Assembly: GCA_965213625.1 (NCBI GenBank)
Contig: CBDBZU010000004.1
Location: 4,070,369 to 4,134,368, forward strand
Direction: 5' to 3'
Source of the DNA: a bacterium
Lineage (GTDB): Bacteria > UBA8248
DNA: 64,000 nucleotides
Below, piece by piece: positions 39,165 through 48,906 of this stretch (positions are counted from its first letter, which is position 1; every line of letters begins with the position of its first letter). The translations under genes and the position numbers were made by a program. The notes under the pieces were generated by a model. The model saw only the letters and a list, made by a program, of their open reading frames with translations, ran no database searches and was not told where the DNA came from.

Positions 39165-40154
39165 ATGTCCCGAACACCATCTCCCGCGGCCGGGATCGCC
39201 GCCGCGCTCGCCTCTCGCGCCGAGGAGGTCTGTCGCCGCTATCTGCCCCGGGGCAAGAAGCAGGGCCGCTACTGGGTCGCAGGCGACGTCGACGGCTCGC
39301 CCGGGCGCTCTCTCTTCGTCCGCCTGAAGCCCCCAGGCATCCCGGGCAAGTGGACCGACGCGGCCACCGGGGATCACGGTGACCTGCTCGACCTGATCCG
39401 CAGCCGTTGCGTAGCACCCACGCTCCGCGCGGCCATGGACGAGGCCCGCGCCTTCCTCGCCCTGCCTGCCCCTCATCTGCCGGACGAGGGTCCGCCATAC
39501 GACGCGAGGGAAGCGGCGCGGCGCATCTGGCGGCGTTGTCGCCCGATTGAGAGCGGACCGGCCGAGGCCTACCTCCGCGCCCGGGGCATCACGCGGTTCC
39601 GATTCCCCTCCCTGCGCTTCCACCCGGCGCTCTACCACCGCGAAGCCGATCGCCGGCTGCCCGCTCTGGTCGCCGCCGTGACCGACACCGAAGGCGCACT
39701 CCACGGGGTGCACCGCACCTGGATCGATCCCGGTGCGCAGGCCAAGGCCGGTGTCCTCCCCTCCCGCAAGGCGCTCGGCCGGGTATTCGGACGCGCCGTG
39801 CGCTTCGGCGCCCCCGGCGCCACCCTCCTGGTCGGTGAGGGCGTCGAGACCGTGCTCTCGATCGTCACCGCGGCGCCCCGGGTCCCGGCGGCTGCCGCGC
39901 TCTCCGCAGGCAGCCTCGGAGCCTTCGTCCCGCCCGAGGGGGTCTCTCGTCTCGTCATCGCTCGGGACAACGACATGGAAGGTGAGAGGGCGGCGGAACG
40001 CCTGGCCAAATGCTGCACGCGGGCGGGCGTCGCGGCCACGGTCATCGTCTCCGAACGCGGCGACTTCAACGACGACCTCGCTGCGCTCGGCGCCGCTGTC
40101 CTCGCCGCACGGCTCGCTCCGCTCTTCCGCTTCGCGGAAGCGAAGCCCCGATGA
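39165..40154 (+). CDS. Toprim-domain primase-like protein
   Basis: GKWTDAATGDHGDLLDLI; YLRARGI; VHRTWI; VGEGVET; IARDND; DFNDDL. Confidence 0.85.
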   Translation: MSRTPSPAAGIAAALASRAEEVCRRYLPRGKKQGRYWVAGDVDGSPGRSLFVRLKPPGIPGKWTDAATGDHGDLLDLIRSRCVAPTLRAAMDEARAFLALPAPHLPDEGPPYDAREAARRIWRRCRPIESGPAEAYLRARGITRFRFPSLRFHPALYHREADRRLPALVAAVTDTEGALHGVHRTWIDPGAQAKAGVLPSRKALGRVFGRAVRFGAPGATLLVGEGVETVLSIVTAAPRVPAAAALSAGSLGAFVPPEGVSRLVIARDNDMEGERAAERLAKCCTRAGVAATVIVSERGDFNDDLAALGAAVLAARLAPLFRFAEAKPR

Positions 40155-40342
40155 AAGGAGAGAGAATGGACATCATCACCTTCAAGCGGGTCACCCCGCG
40201 TCTCGTCGATTCACACCCGCTATGGTCGTAATCGAGAGTCCGGCGCCAGCCGCCCTGCTGCGCAGCCGGCCTGCCGTCGGGGTACGTACAGCCCGCATAC
40301 GTATGGCCGGGGTCTTTCCTCGCGGCGCCAGGTGGGCCGCGC

Positions 40343-40618
40343 TTATTTTTTCACCGCGTCCTTGAGGCCTTTGGCCGCCGAGAAGCGAGGCGCATTGCTC
40401 GCCTTGATCCGGACCTTCTCGCCGGTACGGGGGTTGTGGCCGTTGCGCGCGGCGCGCTTCGAGACGGAAAACGTGCCGAACCCGGCGAGCGAAACGCGTT
40501 CCCCTCCTTTGAGAGAGCGGGTCACGGAATCGAGCAGGGACTCGATCACACGGCCGGCCGCCGCTTTCGGGATGTCCGCTTCGGCGGCGATTTTTTCTAT
40601 GAGTTCGGATTTATACAT
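40343..40618 (-). CDS. hup: HU-family nucleoid protein
   Basis: KSELIEKIA...GFGTFSVSKRAARNGHNPRTGE...PRFSAAKGLKDAV. Confidence 0.93.
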   Translation of the reverse strand: MYKSELIEKIAAEADIPKAAAGRVIESLLDSVTRSLKGGERVSLAGFGTFSVSKRAARNGHNPRTGEKVRIKASNAPRFSAAKGLKDAVKK

Positions 40619-40937
40619 TCAAGTTGCCTCCGGAATTGCGACGGACTCCACCAGGAGTTCTCATGTCCATGGGATGGATTTAACGAATGGGGAAATCTGC
40701 TCTAAGCGGACCTATAAGTCAACAGCGAATCCGGGTGGGCCGGATATTTTCGTGGGCGGCGGCGGAAGTCGGGCCGGGCAGCCGCGCCACCTGCGGTGTC
40801 TGCGAGCGGTTCTCATCAGTTGTGCTCCCCCATAAGAGACAGAGCGAAGCGGGGAGCCGGGCAAATGCCCGGTAGGGAGAGGGAGGCGGTCTCCAGCTCC
40901 CGCTGCCGGGTGCGACAACCCGAGAGGAGGCCTGGCC

Positions 40938-41084
40938 ATGTACGAGAACGACTTCGACGTCGATGTTCCCACCCCAGATGAGTTGCTCGCAGAACTCGGA
41001 CTCGACGCGTACACGATCCGCAAGCTGCGCACTGAGGCGCTCCACCCGGAGACGGGGGGTGAGGAGGAGTTCAGGAGGGAATAG
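40938..41084 (+). CDS. Small acidic hypothetical protein (48 aa)
   Basis: GAGGAGG RBS; MYENDFDVDVPTPDELLAELGLDAY... Confidence 0.45.
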   Translation: MYENDFDVDVPTPDELLAELGLDAYTIRKLRTEALHPETGGEEEFRRE

Positions 41085-41167
41085 GGCGAACCGGGGGGTC
41101 GGGGAGAGAGGATTTCCGGCTCCCGAAAGCGATTATCTTCCACACCACAACCTGAAGGAGAATCACC

Positions 41168-41287
41168 ATGGCATTCGGACTCAACAGAGCGGAACTGATC
41201 GGGCGTCTCGGCGCCGACGTCACCATCAACCATCTCGCGAGCGGTGGACGCGTCGCAAACCTCCCTATCTATAGTGAGCAGTCGTAG
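41168..41287 (+). pseudogene. ssb: 5' fragment of single-stranded DNA-binding protein
   Basis: AAGGAG RBS; MAFGLNRAELIGRLGAD...GGRVANL, then an abrupt switch to AT-rich sequence and a stop. Confidence 0.8.
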
Positions 41288-41414
41288 CCATGACTCGACG
41301 AAATACGACAAATAAACATGTATATCAATAGATTAAGAGATTTCAATTTGGACAAAAGCTCTCTGCCACACGCTCCTGTACGCTCTGATTTCTTTTCATG
41401 TGTTGACTACAGGG

Positions 41415-41442
41415 TTGACTATTCAGCCGAACGCGGTATAAT
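41415..41442 (+). promoter_or_regulatory. sigma70 promoter of integrase
   Basis: TTGACT-N16-TATAAT immediately upstream of 41449. Confidence 0.6.
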
Positions 41443-41448
41443 CGACTT

Positions 41449-42684
41449 ATGGAACAACATACACAAAAACGCATGGCGAAGATGAAGCTCACGCTCTCCA
41501 AACGCAGCGTCGATGCACTCGAACCGGCCGACAAACCCTGGATCGCCTGGGACGACAAACTCACCGGATTCGGCTGTCGCGTCCAGCCCACGGGAACGAA
41601 ATCGTTCGTCGTCAACTACCGGGCAGGTTCCGGAGGTCGCAAGGCGCCCAACAAGCGCGTCGTCGTCGGACGCTACGGCCGCATTACCCCGGAGCGCGCG
41701 CGGCGCCTTGCGCAGGAATTGCTCGGACGGGTGGCAGGTGGGGAGGACCCCGCCGGCGAGCGCGCGGACGCGCGCTCGCTTCCCACCCTGGGCGAGGCCT
41801 GCGACGACTACATCGATTCCGGCCACGGACGGGCGGCGCAGACCCAGCGCTCCTACCGCCGCTATGCGAACCTCTATCTGGGCGACTGGCGCTCCCGTCC
41901 ACTCGATGGCGTCACCCGCCGCGACGTCGAGGACCGCTTCCATGTCATCACCGAACGCCATGGCGAGGTACCCGCAAATCAGGCCATGTCGTTCCTGCGC
42001 TCGGTCTACCGCAGGCCCTGCGTCGACTACGAGGGTCTTCGCAACCCGGTCGAGCAGTGGCTGGCCGGGGGCGGGCGCTACCACCGCAAGAAGCGGCGGA
42101 TGATATCTTCCCCGGCCGAGGTGCTGCCGCGCTGGCGTGAAGGAATAGAGAAAGCGGTACGAAACCCCGTGCACAGGGACCTTCTGTGGTTCGGGGTCTA
42201 CACCGGCATGCGCCGGGGCGAGATTATGCCGCTTCGCTGGGAGCGCGTGGACTCAGGCGCCGGCGTGTTCCGTGTGGAGGAGACCAAGAGCGGAGCACCT
42301 CTGGAGCTTCCCGTCACCCGGCAGCTTGCCGTCATCCTGGCCCGGAGAAGGGCGAACTGTGAAGCCATGCCTGCGGACCTTAGCGAGTGGGTGTTCCCCT
42401 CACTGTCGAGTGCCTCGGGGCACGTCGAGGAGTTATATACCCACTACGCCCGCATCACGAAGGCGGGGGGTGTGAAGTTCTGGTTCCACGGGCTGCGCAA
42501 CGCCTTTATCACGGTAGCGGAGCGTGAGCTCATGCTGCCGCGCTCGCTGACCAAGCGCCTGGTCAACCACGCCCGGCCCGGCGACGTGACGGAGGGCTAC
42601 GCCGCCGACTGGACGGTGGAGCAATTACGCGAGCCCGCGCAAAGAATTGCCGACCGCATCGACGAACTGATGAAGGGAACATGA
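41449..42684 (+). CDS. Tyrosine recombinase/integrase (third paralog type)
   Basis: WDDKLTGFGCRV; TGMRRGEI, ETKSG, HGLRN, VNH, EGY. Confidence 0.9.
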   Translation: MEQHTQKRMAKMKLTLSKRSVDALEPADKPWIAWDDKLTGFGCRVQPTGTKSFVVNYRAGSGGRKAPNKRVVVGRYGRITPERARRLAQELLGRVAGGEDPAGERADARSLPTLGEACDDYIDSGHGRAAQTQRSYRRYANLYLGDWRSRPLDGVTRRDVEDRFHVITERHGEVPANQAMSFLRSVYRRPCVDYEGLRNPVEQWLAGGGRYHRKKRRMISSPAEVLPRWREGIEKAVRNPVHRDLLWFGVYTGMRRGEIMPLRWERVDSGAGVFRVEETKSGAPLELPVTRQLAVILARRRANCEAMPADLSEWVFPSLSSASGHVEELYTHYARITKAGGVKFWFHGLRNAFITVAERELMLPRSLTKRLVNHARPGDVTEGYAADWTVEQLREPAQRIADRIDELMKGT

Positions 42685-43103
42685 CGGCGGTCGAAGGTTC
42701 ACGCGCGGCGCTAATTATCGCGCAAGTCAAAGCGGGTGCGCGGGCCGTTTCTCTCTCAGTGCCTGCAGTCCGGCTCTTTGCCTCTCTTCCGCGCCTTCCC
42801 GGCAACCCCTGGGTCATCCTCAGCAGAAAGCCGGGGACGCACCTTGGAAAGCTAGATGACTCCTGGATGGCCGTCCGCTTGCGGGCGGGACTCGACAACG
42901 TGCGGATCCACGATCTGAGGCATTCCTACGCGTCGAGGGCGCTGGCGCTGGGCGAGAGTTTATACACGATAGGCAAGCTGCTCGGGCACACGAGCGTGGC
43001 TACGAGCGCGCGCTACGCGCACTTGATGCGCGAGGCCGAGAGGGAGGCGGCGGTACGGGTGGGCGGGAGCATTGGTGTCCACATCAGGAGCCGTGGGAGG
43101 TAG
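42681..43103 (+). pseudogene. Internally deleted chimeric integrase
   Basis: RAALIIAQVKAG joined directly to ARAVSLS..NPWV (2734-type), ending HDLRHSYASRALALGES..RYAHLMR (1556-type). Confidence 0.8.
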
Positions 43104-43110
43104 GGTGGAG

Positions 43111-44142
43111 ATGAAGCAGCCCACCATGAAAACACTGTCGAACCGCGCGGTCGGGAAGCTCGAGGTAAAAAAAGACACTGTCTTCTGGGATCGCGACCTC
43201 ACCGGCTTCGGCGGGTCTACCCCACCGGCTCAAAAGTCTACATCGCCCAGGCGCGGGGTCCCGAGGGTCCCAAGAGGGTGGCGGTGGGCCGCCACGGGGT
43301 GATCAACGCCGATGAAGCGAGGAAATGCGCCGCCCACATCATCGCGAGGGTCAAGGCGGGCGAGGAGGCGGTTCCAGACAGGCCCCACGGTGAATGAGGT
43401 GTGCGTACGCTACCTCTCCGAATACGTCGCGGTACGGTGCAAGCTGGCCACTGCCGCGCTCTACCGCTCGGTGGTCAACCGCCACGTCCTGCCCGCCCTG
43501 GGCAGGGCGCCGAGCGCTGCGCTCTCTCTCGCGCAGGTGGCGGAGTTCCACGAGAGCCTGTACGAGACGCCCGCGGTCGCGAACATGGCGCTCCGCACCC
43601 TCTCAGCGATGTACGAACAGGCAGCGCGTTGGGGTATGATCCCTGAAGGGTGCAATCCTTGCCGCTCAATCATGAAATACCCCGAGCGCCGGGGCGAGAT
43701 CGTATCCCTGAGGCGGGAGCAGGTGGACATGGAGCGGCGCACCCTCAGGGTCGAGGAAACCAAGACCGGAGAACCACTGGAGCTTCCTATCACCCGGCAG
43801 CTCGCCGCCATTCTCGAGCGGAGCCTCGCGGATGGCGAGGATTCGTGGGTCTTCCCCTCTCCTCGAAGCGGGGCCGGTCACGTGTCGGACCTTGCGCGGT
43901 TCTATGGCGAGATTTCAGAAAAAGGTGGAAAACGTTTCTGGTTCCACGGGCTGCGCAACGCCTTCATCACGGTGGCGGAGCGCGAACTCATGCTGCCGCG
44001 CTCGCTCACGAAGCGGCTGGTGAACCACGCCCGGCCCCAGGACGTGACCGAGGGTTACGCCGCAGACTGGAGCGTCGAGCAACTCCGCGAACCCGCGCAG
44101 CGCATCGCCGACCGTATCGATGAATTGATGAAGGGAACATGA
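43111..44142 (+). pseudogene. Frameshifted chimeric integrase
   Basis: N-part resembles the 2734 integrase (KTLSNR..WDRDLTGFG) with frameshifts; fused at YPERR|GEI to a C-terminus nearly identical to the 41449 integrase. Confidence 0.8.
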
Positions 44143-44349
44143 CGGTGATTTTCGGTTTGCTCTAATGCGGCAATAATCTATTTTAAGATTGCCTTGTTCC
44201 CAGTTTAAAATTTGTGTCTTGGAAAATATAGTGATATGTGTTTCAGAGAGAATTATGTCTTTAATTCCGTACGGCTACTTTCTTACTATAGAATGAACGA
44301 ACCGGCGGTTTTCCTTTCCAACGGCGCGCCGACCTTGCGTATGAAGACA

Positions 44350-44830
44350 TACATGGACACTCCATAATATGGAGAAGAATATCCTGACAGTCATTGAGTC
44401 TTAGCTTCTCGACGATCTGAGTGAAAAAATTGCGCACCTGAAAGCCGGAAAGGATAGCCGACGCGCGTGACTGGAAGCCTTCAGAAAAGTTTTGGGAAAT
44501 CGGGTTTGTTGACCCGACGTGTGGATACTGGAATTTCTTGATCATCGCCTATTTCGAGTTACGCGAACTTGAGATGGAGGTGCTCCGCCTGTTGCGCTTC
44601 TGAGACGCAGCGCGAACTCGACATGTCCGGACTTTCCCGTATCACCGTAGATCAGTTCTACGGAATTGAACTCAGCGATTTTCCTGCGCGCATCGCCGAG
44701 ACAGCGCTCTGGATAATGGGCCACATAATGAATAACCAGCTGAGTCTCGTATCCGGGCAAAGCGAAACCTGCACTTCCATGACGGCACCCAAGCATATCA
44801 TGTGCGCCGATGCGCTGTAGATCGACTGCG
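44350..44830 (+). pseudogene. Remnant of an MmeI/YeeA-like type IIG restriction-methyltransferase
   Basis: Broken frames give EKNILTVI..LDDL, FVDPTCG.NFLIIAY, DQFYGIELSDFPARIAETALWI. Confidence 0.65.
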
Positions 44831-45086
44831 CAGAGCTTTTTCCGCCGGGGCGAGTTTGCCTCCAATTGAGAACACATGGAGCGTTTGTTCGCGCTATATA
44901 ATAAAATGTACACACCGCCTGGAGCCGCGACAGGTGGGAGATACAAGCGAGGGACAGAACGTACACTTGGGGATCGATAAAGTAGTGTTCAACTTATTGC
45001 ACTTGCGGCTATTACGAACAGAAGAACGTGGTGCCTAGCCAAGGTGTTTTAGTCAATCGAGCATCTACACAATACGAAACTACGAA

Positions 45087-46565
45087 ATGGATAACATAAA
45101 AGAAAACTATATCCGGAACGGTGTCTTTTTGGTTTGCCCGGAGCAGGAATTGAATGGGACGCTTTCGTTGAATGGTGAAGACAGCGTTCTGCATCTATGG
45201 ACCAATTATCCTGTCAACATAGATTCAGATTCATTGGACGGGAAGACAATCACCGGCGTTCTTGACAACCAGAAAAAAGCATCCCTGATCGATTGTATTG
45301 TGATCCAGGAACAACACCTCCACGGGAAAGGTGGCGTCTCTCAGCACTACAAGCTATTTCCTCACTTCGTCGTTCTTGGCCATCGACACTATTCCAAGTC
45401 TGAAAAAGCAATATCAAGAGCTTCGTTTGTCATCGATGACGCGATGGCCTTGTTTCATGACCGAACTTCATTTGGCACAGTGAGGATTCCTCCAGATCGA
45501 ACAGATGAACTCGCTTCCTTGGATATATTTGGCAAAATGCCATTCGAGGGGAATAGTCCTGTTTTGGCCTACTGGACGGGTAAAGAGGAAATCTTTTCTG
45601 CGGATACAATTATAGGAAAGATTTCTGCCTGCAATCGACCAACCATTGCAGTAGGCGGTCACCCCAGTGGGGCATCTATAAAAAACGAAATTGTGGTCAA
45701 TATAGAATTTTCCAATTCCCTAAACGTCAGGGAAATGGACGTTGAAATTCGGAAGGTGTTACGCCTCTTCCATTCAGTTCTGGGTCGCCCACAAAATCTG
45801 TTGGAATTGAAAATAACAGAAACGGAAACTTCCTGCCCCGAGTCGTCCGCCGTATATTTGAATATGTATCCCAATTACCCAAGGGGTACTGGAATTCGAG
45901 AACCAGACTTTCGTGATATTCTGATAAATGCTGCTGTTGATCCAGACGGATTTTCGCAATTGCTATCAGCATGGTTGAAAAAGGAGCAGATGCGGGGTAC
46001 AGCGCGAATCAGTTTTACGACTGGATGGGCACGCGGGAGGAGTTACGATGCTGATCGAATGGTGAGAGCAGCAAACATGTTCGATCTTTTGCCGAGTGAA
46101 GCATTGCCGCCTGATACCGTATTTCAGGATTCCTTGGACGCTGCAATACAGAAAAGCAGAAAAATTTTCAAGGAACTACCACAAAGCACAAAGAGAGGTG
46201 AGATTCTTGGCTATCTCGGAAGATTAAAGAAACCATCTCTAAAGGAGAAAATACGGTACAGATCTTCGTTGATCTCTAATCTAATTGGTAGCGGCATGCC
46301 AAATATCGATGCTGTAACAGATGCAGCTGTAGACCTCAGAAATATCTACGTTCATGGTGGTATACTTGCCAATAGCAGGATAACCAGATTACAGGAATTC
46401 ATGTTTTTTCTGACGGATACCCTGGAGTTTGTGTTTTGCACGTCAGATCTGTTCGAGTCGGGATGGGATATAGAGACTTGGCATGCAAAACCCAAAGGTG
46501 CGGGTCATCCATTTGCGGATTATCTGCGTTCATATTCCGAAAATCTGGCACGGTTTATGATGTGA
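45087..46565 (+). CDS. ApeA-like protein (ApeA N-terminal domain plus HEPN); putative anti-phage ribonuclease
   Basis: Lower GC than flanks; ITGVLD..ASLIDC N-terminus; SLKEKI and LRNIYVHG (RxxxxH HEPN motif). Confidence 0.7.
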   Translation: MDNIKENYIRNGVFLVCPEQELNGTLSLNGEDSVLHLWTNYPVNIDSDSLDGKTITGVLDNQKKASLIDCIVIQEQHLHGKGGVSQHYKLFPHFVVLGHRHYSKSEKAISRASFVIDDAMALFHDRTSFGTVRIPPDRTDELASLDIFGKMPFEGNSPVLAYWTGKEEIFSADTIIGKISACNRPTIAVGGHPSGASIKNEIVVNIEFSNSLNVREMDVEIRKVLRLFHSVLGRPQNLLELKITETETSCPESSAVYLNMYPNYPRGTGIREPDFRDILINAAVDPDGFSQLLSAWLKKEQMRGTARISFTTGWARGRSYDADRMVRAANMFDLLPSEALPPDTVFQDSLDAAIQKSRKIFKELPQSTKRGEILGYLGRLKKPSLKEKIRYRSSLISNLIGSGMPNIDAVTDAAVDLRNIYVHGGILANSRITRLQEFMFFLTDTLEFVFCTSDLFESGWDIETWHAKPKGAGHPFADYLRSYSENLARFMM

Positions 46566-46764
46566 GATACGTTTCGCAGACATCTTGCGTGACGATTGAA
46601 AAATGAAGAGCGTGTTATTGTGAGCAAGGACTATTGTTGAGATGGTGTTGTATACAACCGCACGGTGAAGAGGGATAACTTGCGGTTGGCGGGGAAAAAC
46701 ATGTCTTTGTGCATGGGCATGAAGTTGCCTTCACCCATATGAACACATGGCGTCGTCGATTGAC

Positions 46765-46957
46765 CGATTTCGAGGCTTACCCCGCCGCTTCATCACCTGC
46801 TGTCTACGCTTCACGACGGGCGTTGCCGCACGCCATGCAAGACTCGCTTCCGGCTGGCCGGCTTCGCCTTTGCCGGGCAGGAGTCGAACCCGCTGGGTTG
46901 CTACGAGAGGTTTCAGGTCATGGCGTCCTTTCCTCTCCAGAGCTTAGCCAAGCGCAA
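46765..46957 (-). ncRNA. 5' (domain I) fragment of a bacterial group II intron
   Basis: Minus strand starts TTGCG and carries CCCAGCGGGTTCGACTCC..CCGGCAAAGG..AGCCGGAAGCGAGTCTTGC..GGCAAC..GAAGCGTAGACAG..GCCTCGAAAT; no RT ORF. Confidence 0.65.
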
Positions 46958-47093
46958 TAACGGTTCGGCGGAGGGGTGATAACTTAGTCGATGCCGGAGA
47001 CATTTGTAGGAATTTCGCGGTGTAGCCAGCTTCAGCTGGTGCTTTCCTCTTCCTCATCACCCCGCGACCGAACGAATACGGCAAAAAAATTTA

Positions 47094-47123
47094 TTGACAT
47101 CGCGAAATCACAAAGAATAAGAT
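47094..47123 (+). promoter_or_regulatory. sigma70 promoter upstream of the RiPP precursor
   Basis: A-tract, then TTGACA-N18-TAAGAT. Confidence 0.55.
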
Positions 47124-47179
47124 CAGCCTCATTGAGGAAGGGGTTGTTTTTTTATCTAACCATGCAAAGGAGGACAGTC

Positions 47180-47431
47180 ATGAGAAGCGGCGATGAAATG
47201 TTGAAGCAGATTGTCGATAAGTCCACCCTTGATGCAGATTTCAGGCAACAGTTGCTCGCAGATCCGAAGTCGACCATCAGTGCGGAATTGGGCATCACGA
47301 TTCCCGATTCGATGAATGTCGTGGTCCATGAGAGCGACATGGAGACGGTGCATCTTACGTTGCCGCCGGATCCGAACATCACCGAGGAGCAGCTCGAAGC
47401 CGTCTCGGCAGGCCTTTGCTGCTGCTGGTAG
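47180..47431 (+). CDS. NHLP-leader (proteusin) RiPP precursor, core LCCCW (SrpE-like)
   Basis: AGGAGG RBS; DADFRQQLLADPK, VVVHE..VHLTLPP, ITEEQLEAVSAG leader end; core LCCCW. Confidence 0.88.
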   Translation: MRSGDEMLKQIVDKSTLDADFRQQLLADPKSTISAELGITIPDSMNVVVHESDMETVHLTLPPDPNITEEQLEAVSAGLCCCW

Positions 47432-47448
47432 ACCAGTAACACCTGTCG

Positions 47449-47817
47449 GCCCGAAGCCCTGTAGACGGCGCCGGTGTTGCGTGGCGTCTCGACGAAGGTC
47501 TCGATGATGACGGGGGTGGTATTGTAGCGTTCGGTCCAGTCGTCGGGCAGTCGCCTGCGGATGATGGCGAGGAGATGCGAGCCGAGGTTGGGGATTTTGA
47601 CCCAGTGCAGGATGAGGAACCTCGGGTTGTCGACCACGAGGGGAAGGTTCTTCTCGCGCAACTGCGGCGTCCAACCGATGAATGCATCGCGCGGGGCGAG
47701 CTTCCACGCAGCGGTGGAGAAGCCGAGCATGGCGAGGGGCCTGCCGCCCCGGTCATGTATGGCGTAGCGGATCTGGGCGCCGACGAGGGTCTTGTAGCCG
47801 AGGTAGTGGTAGCGGTC
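47449..47817 (-). pseudogene. DUF4338 (DruA-like, IS-associated) fragment
   Basis: RYHYLGYKTLVGAQIRY, AAWKLAPRDAFIGW, NPRFLILHWV..NLGSH, ETFVE..GAVYRASG; truncated at both ends. Confidence 0.75.
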
Positions 47818-48180
47818 TTCAAGCTCAAGCTCTACGACCAGGAGGTCAACGGGCTCTACCGCGGCGTCACCGGGTGGGTCGTACCGACGTCCGCCATCCG
47901 GTCCATGCCGAGTACGATGACGTTGACCGGCCAGATCCAGGACAACGATTAAACGGTCAAGATGGGATACGGGAACGCGGGTCAGTACTGCCAGTGAGTC
48001 CGCACGGCCGTGCAACGAGCGCGGGCGATACCGCTTCAAGCTGTTAACCCCCGCCGACCATGGCGGAGAACAAAGGAGACGAATGCCATGAGAACCTCAT
48101 ACAGAATCCTCCCCACGCTGGTGCTCGTCCTGTCGGTGCTTGCAGGCGGGCTCCTCGCCGCGCCGGGGGTCTATGCGCAG
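47815..48180 (+). repeat. ~365-bp inverted repeat, left copy (partner 53034-53398)
   Basis: 3' end of a Calx-beta gene, intergenic region and signal-peptide coding sequence, matching the reverse complement of 53034-53398. Confidence 0.9.
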
Positions 48181-48906
48181 AATGCCCCCACATATGGCGA
48201 CTGTGCTCAAGCGTGGTACGAAAGCGACGCCTCCGAGCATTGCCCGGCTCCCGGCACCCAATTCTGGTTTGACACCCCGAACGGAGAGTGCAGCGTCACG
48301 GCCAGGTGCCGGAAGTTGAATGGCGTGCCATCAACCCAGCAAACTGTCACCGGCGATCTGAATGACATGCGCGATCTGGTGAGTTGCGACGGCAAGCTCA
48401 AAATCGGCTCTTGCCTCTCCGCTGATCAACAAACCGCCCTTGTGACAGCATGCAAGGATTCGTGGAACGCCAGCGATGCCAGCCAGAGATGCGGTTCGTC
48501 CTACGGGTCCCACTCCATATCGACATATCAAGGCCAGCAATGTCATGTCTCGACCTCCTGCGGGACCCTGGCGGTGGCAGCGTCCTTCTACGGGTCGCCC
48601 GACAATGTGAAACAGCTCGATTTCTGCAACAACGAGTTGTCCACTTCTTGCCCAACGGTCGAGAAATGCACGAGCGCATGGAATGCGAGTTCGGCGAAAG
48701 TTACCTGTAACTATACCGGCTTCTACAGCACCCAAGTCGGAGTGGATTCGGGACAGTGCTCCATAAAGACCCATTGCCAAAGACGGGTTGACGATCCATT
48801 GGGGAAGACTGGGGGAATCATAGCAGTTGAGACCTCGTACAAGGGGGACCTGGGACAGGTGCAAAACCTCAAGAACTGCGACGGGACACTCAAGGCATCC
48901 TGCTGA
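48088..48906 (+). CDS. Secreted protein with three tandem ~80-aa 6-Cys repeats
   Basis: AAGGAG RBS; signal peptide ending VYA|Q; repeat consensus C-x3-W-x2-S-x-A-x3-C...C-x5-C...L-x2-C-[DN]-[GN]-x-L-x3/4-C. Confidence 0.8.
   Translation: MRTSYRILPTLVLVLSVLAGGLLAAPGVYAQNAPTYGDCAQAWYESDASEHCPAPGTQFWFDTPNGECSVTARCRKLNGVPSTQQTVTGDLNDMRDLVSCDGKLKIGSCLSADQQTALVTACKDSWNASDASQRCGSSYGSHSISTYQGQQCHVSTSCGTLAVAASFYGSPDNVKQLDFCNNELSTSCPTVEKCTSAWNASSAKVTCNYTGFYSTQVGVDSGQCSIKTHCQRRVDDPLGKTGGIIAVETSYKGDLGQVQNLKNCDGTLKASC

Larger units (their letters stand above)
1500..41290. mobile_element. F-type (MPF-F, MOBF) integrative conjugative element; boundaries approximate
   Basis: Integrases, repressor, relaxase, coupling protein, F-type T4SS genes and typical leading-region genes, with no rep gene seen; att sites not identified. 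Confidence 0.8.

Noticed and set aside
47449-47817. Druantia defence system
   Set aside because: Only a doubly truncated DUF4338 fragment, with no DruE helicase or partner genes
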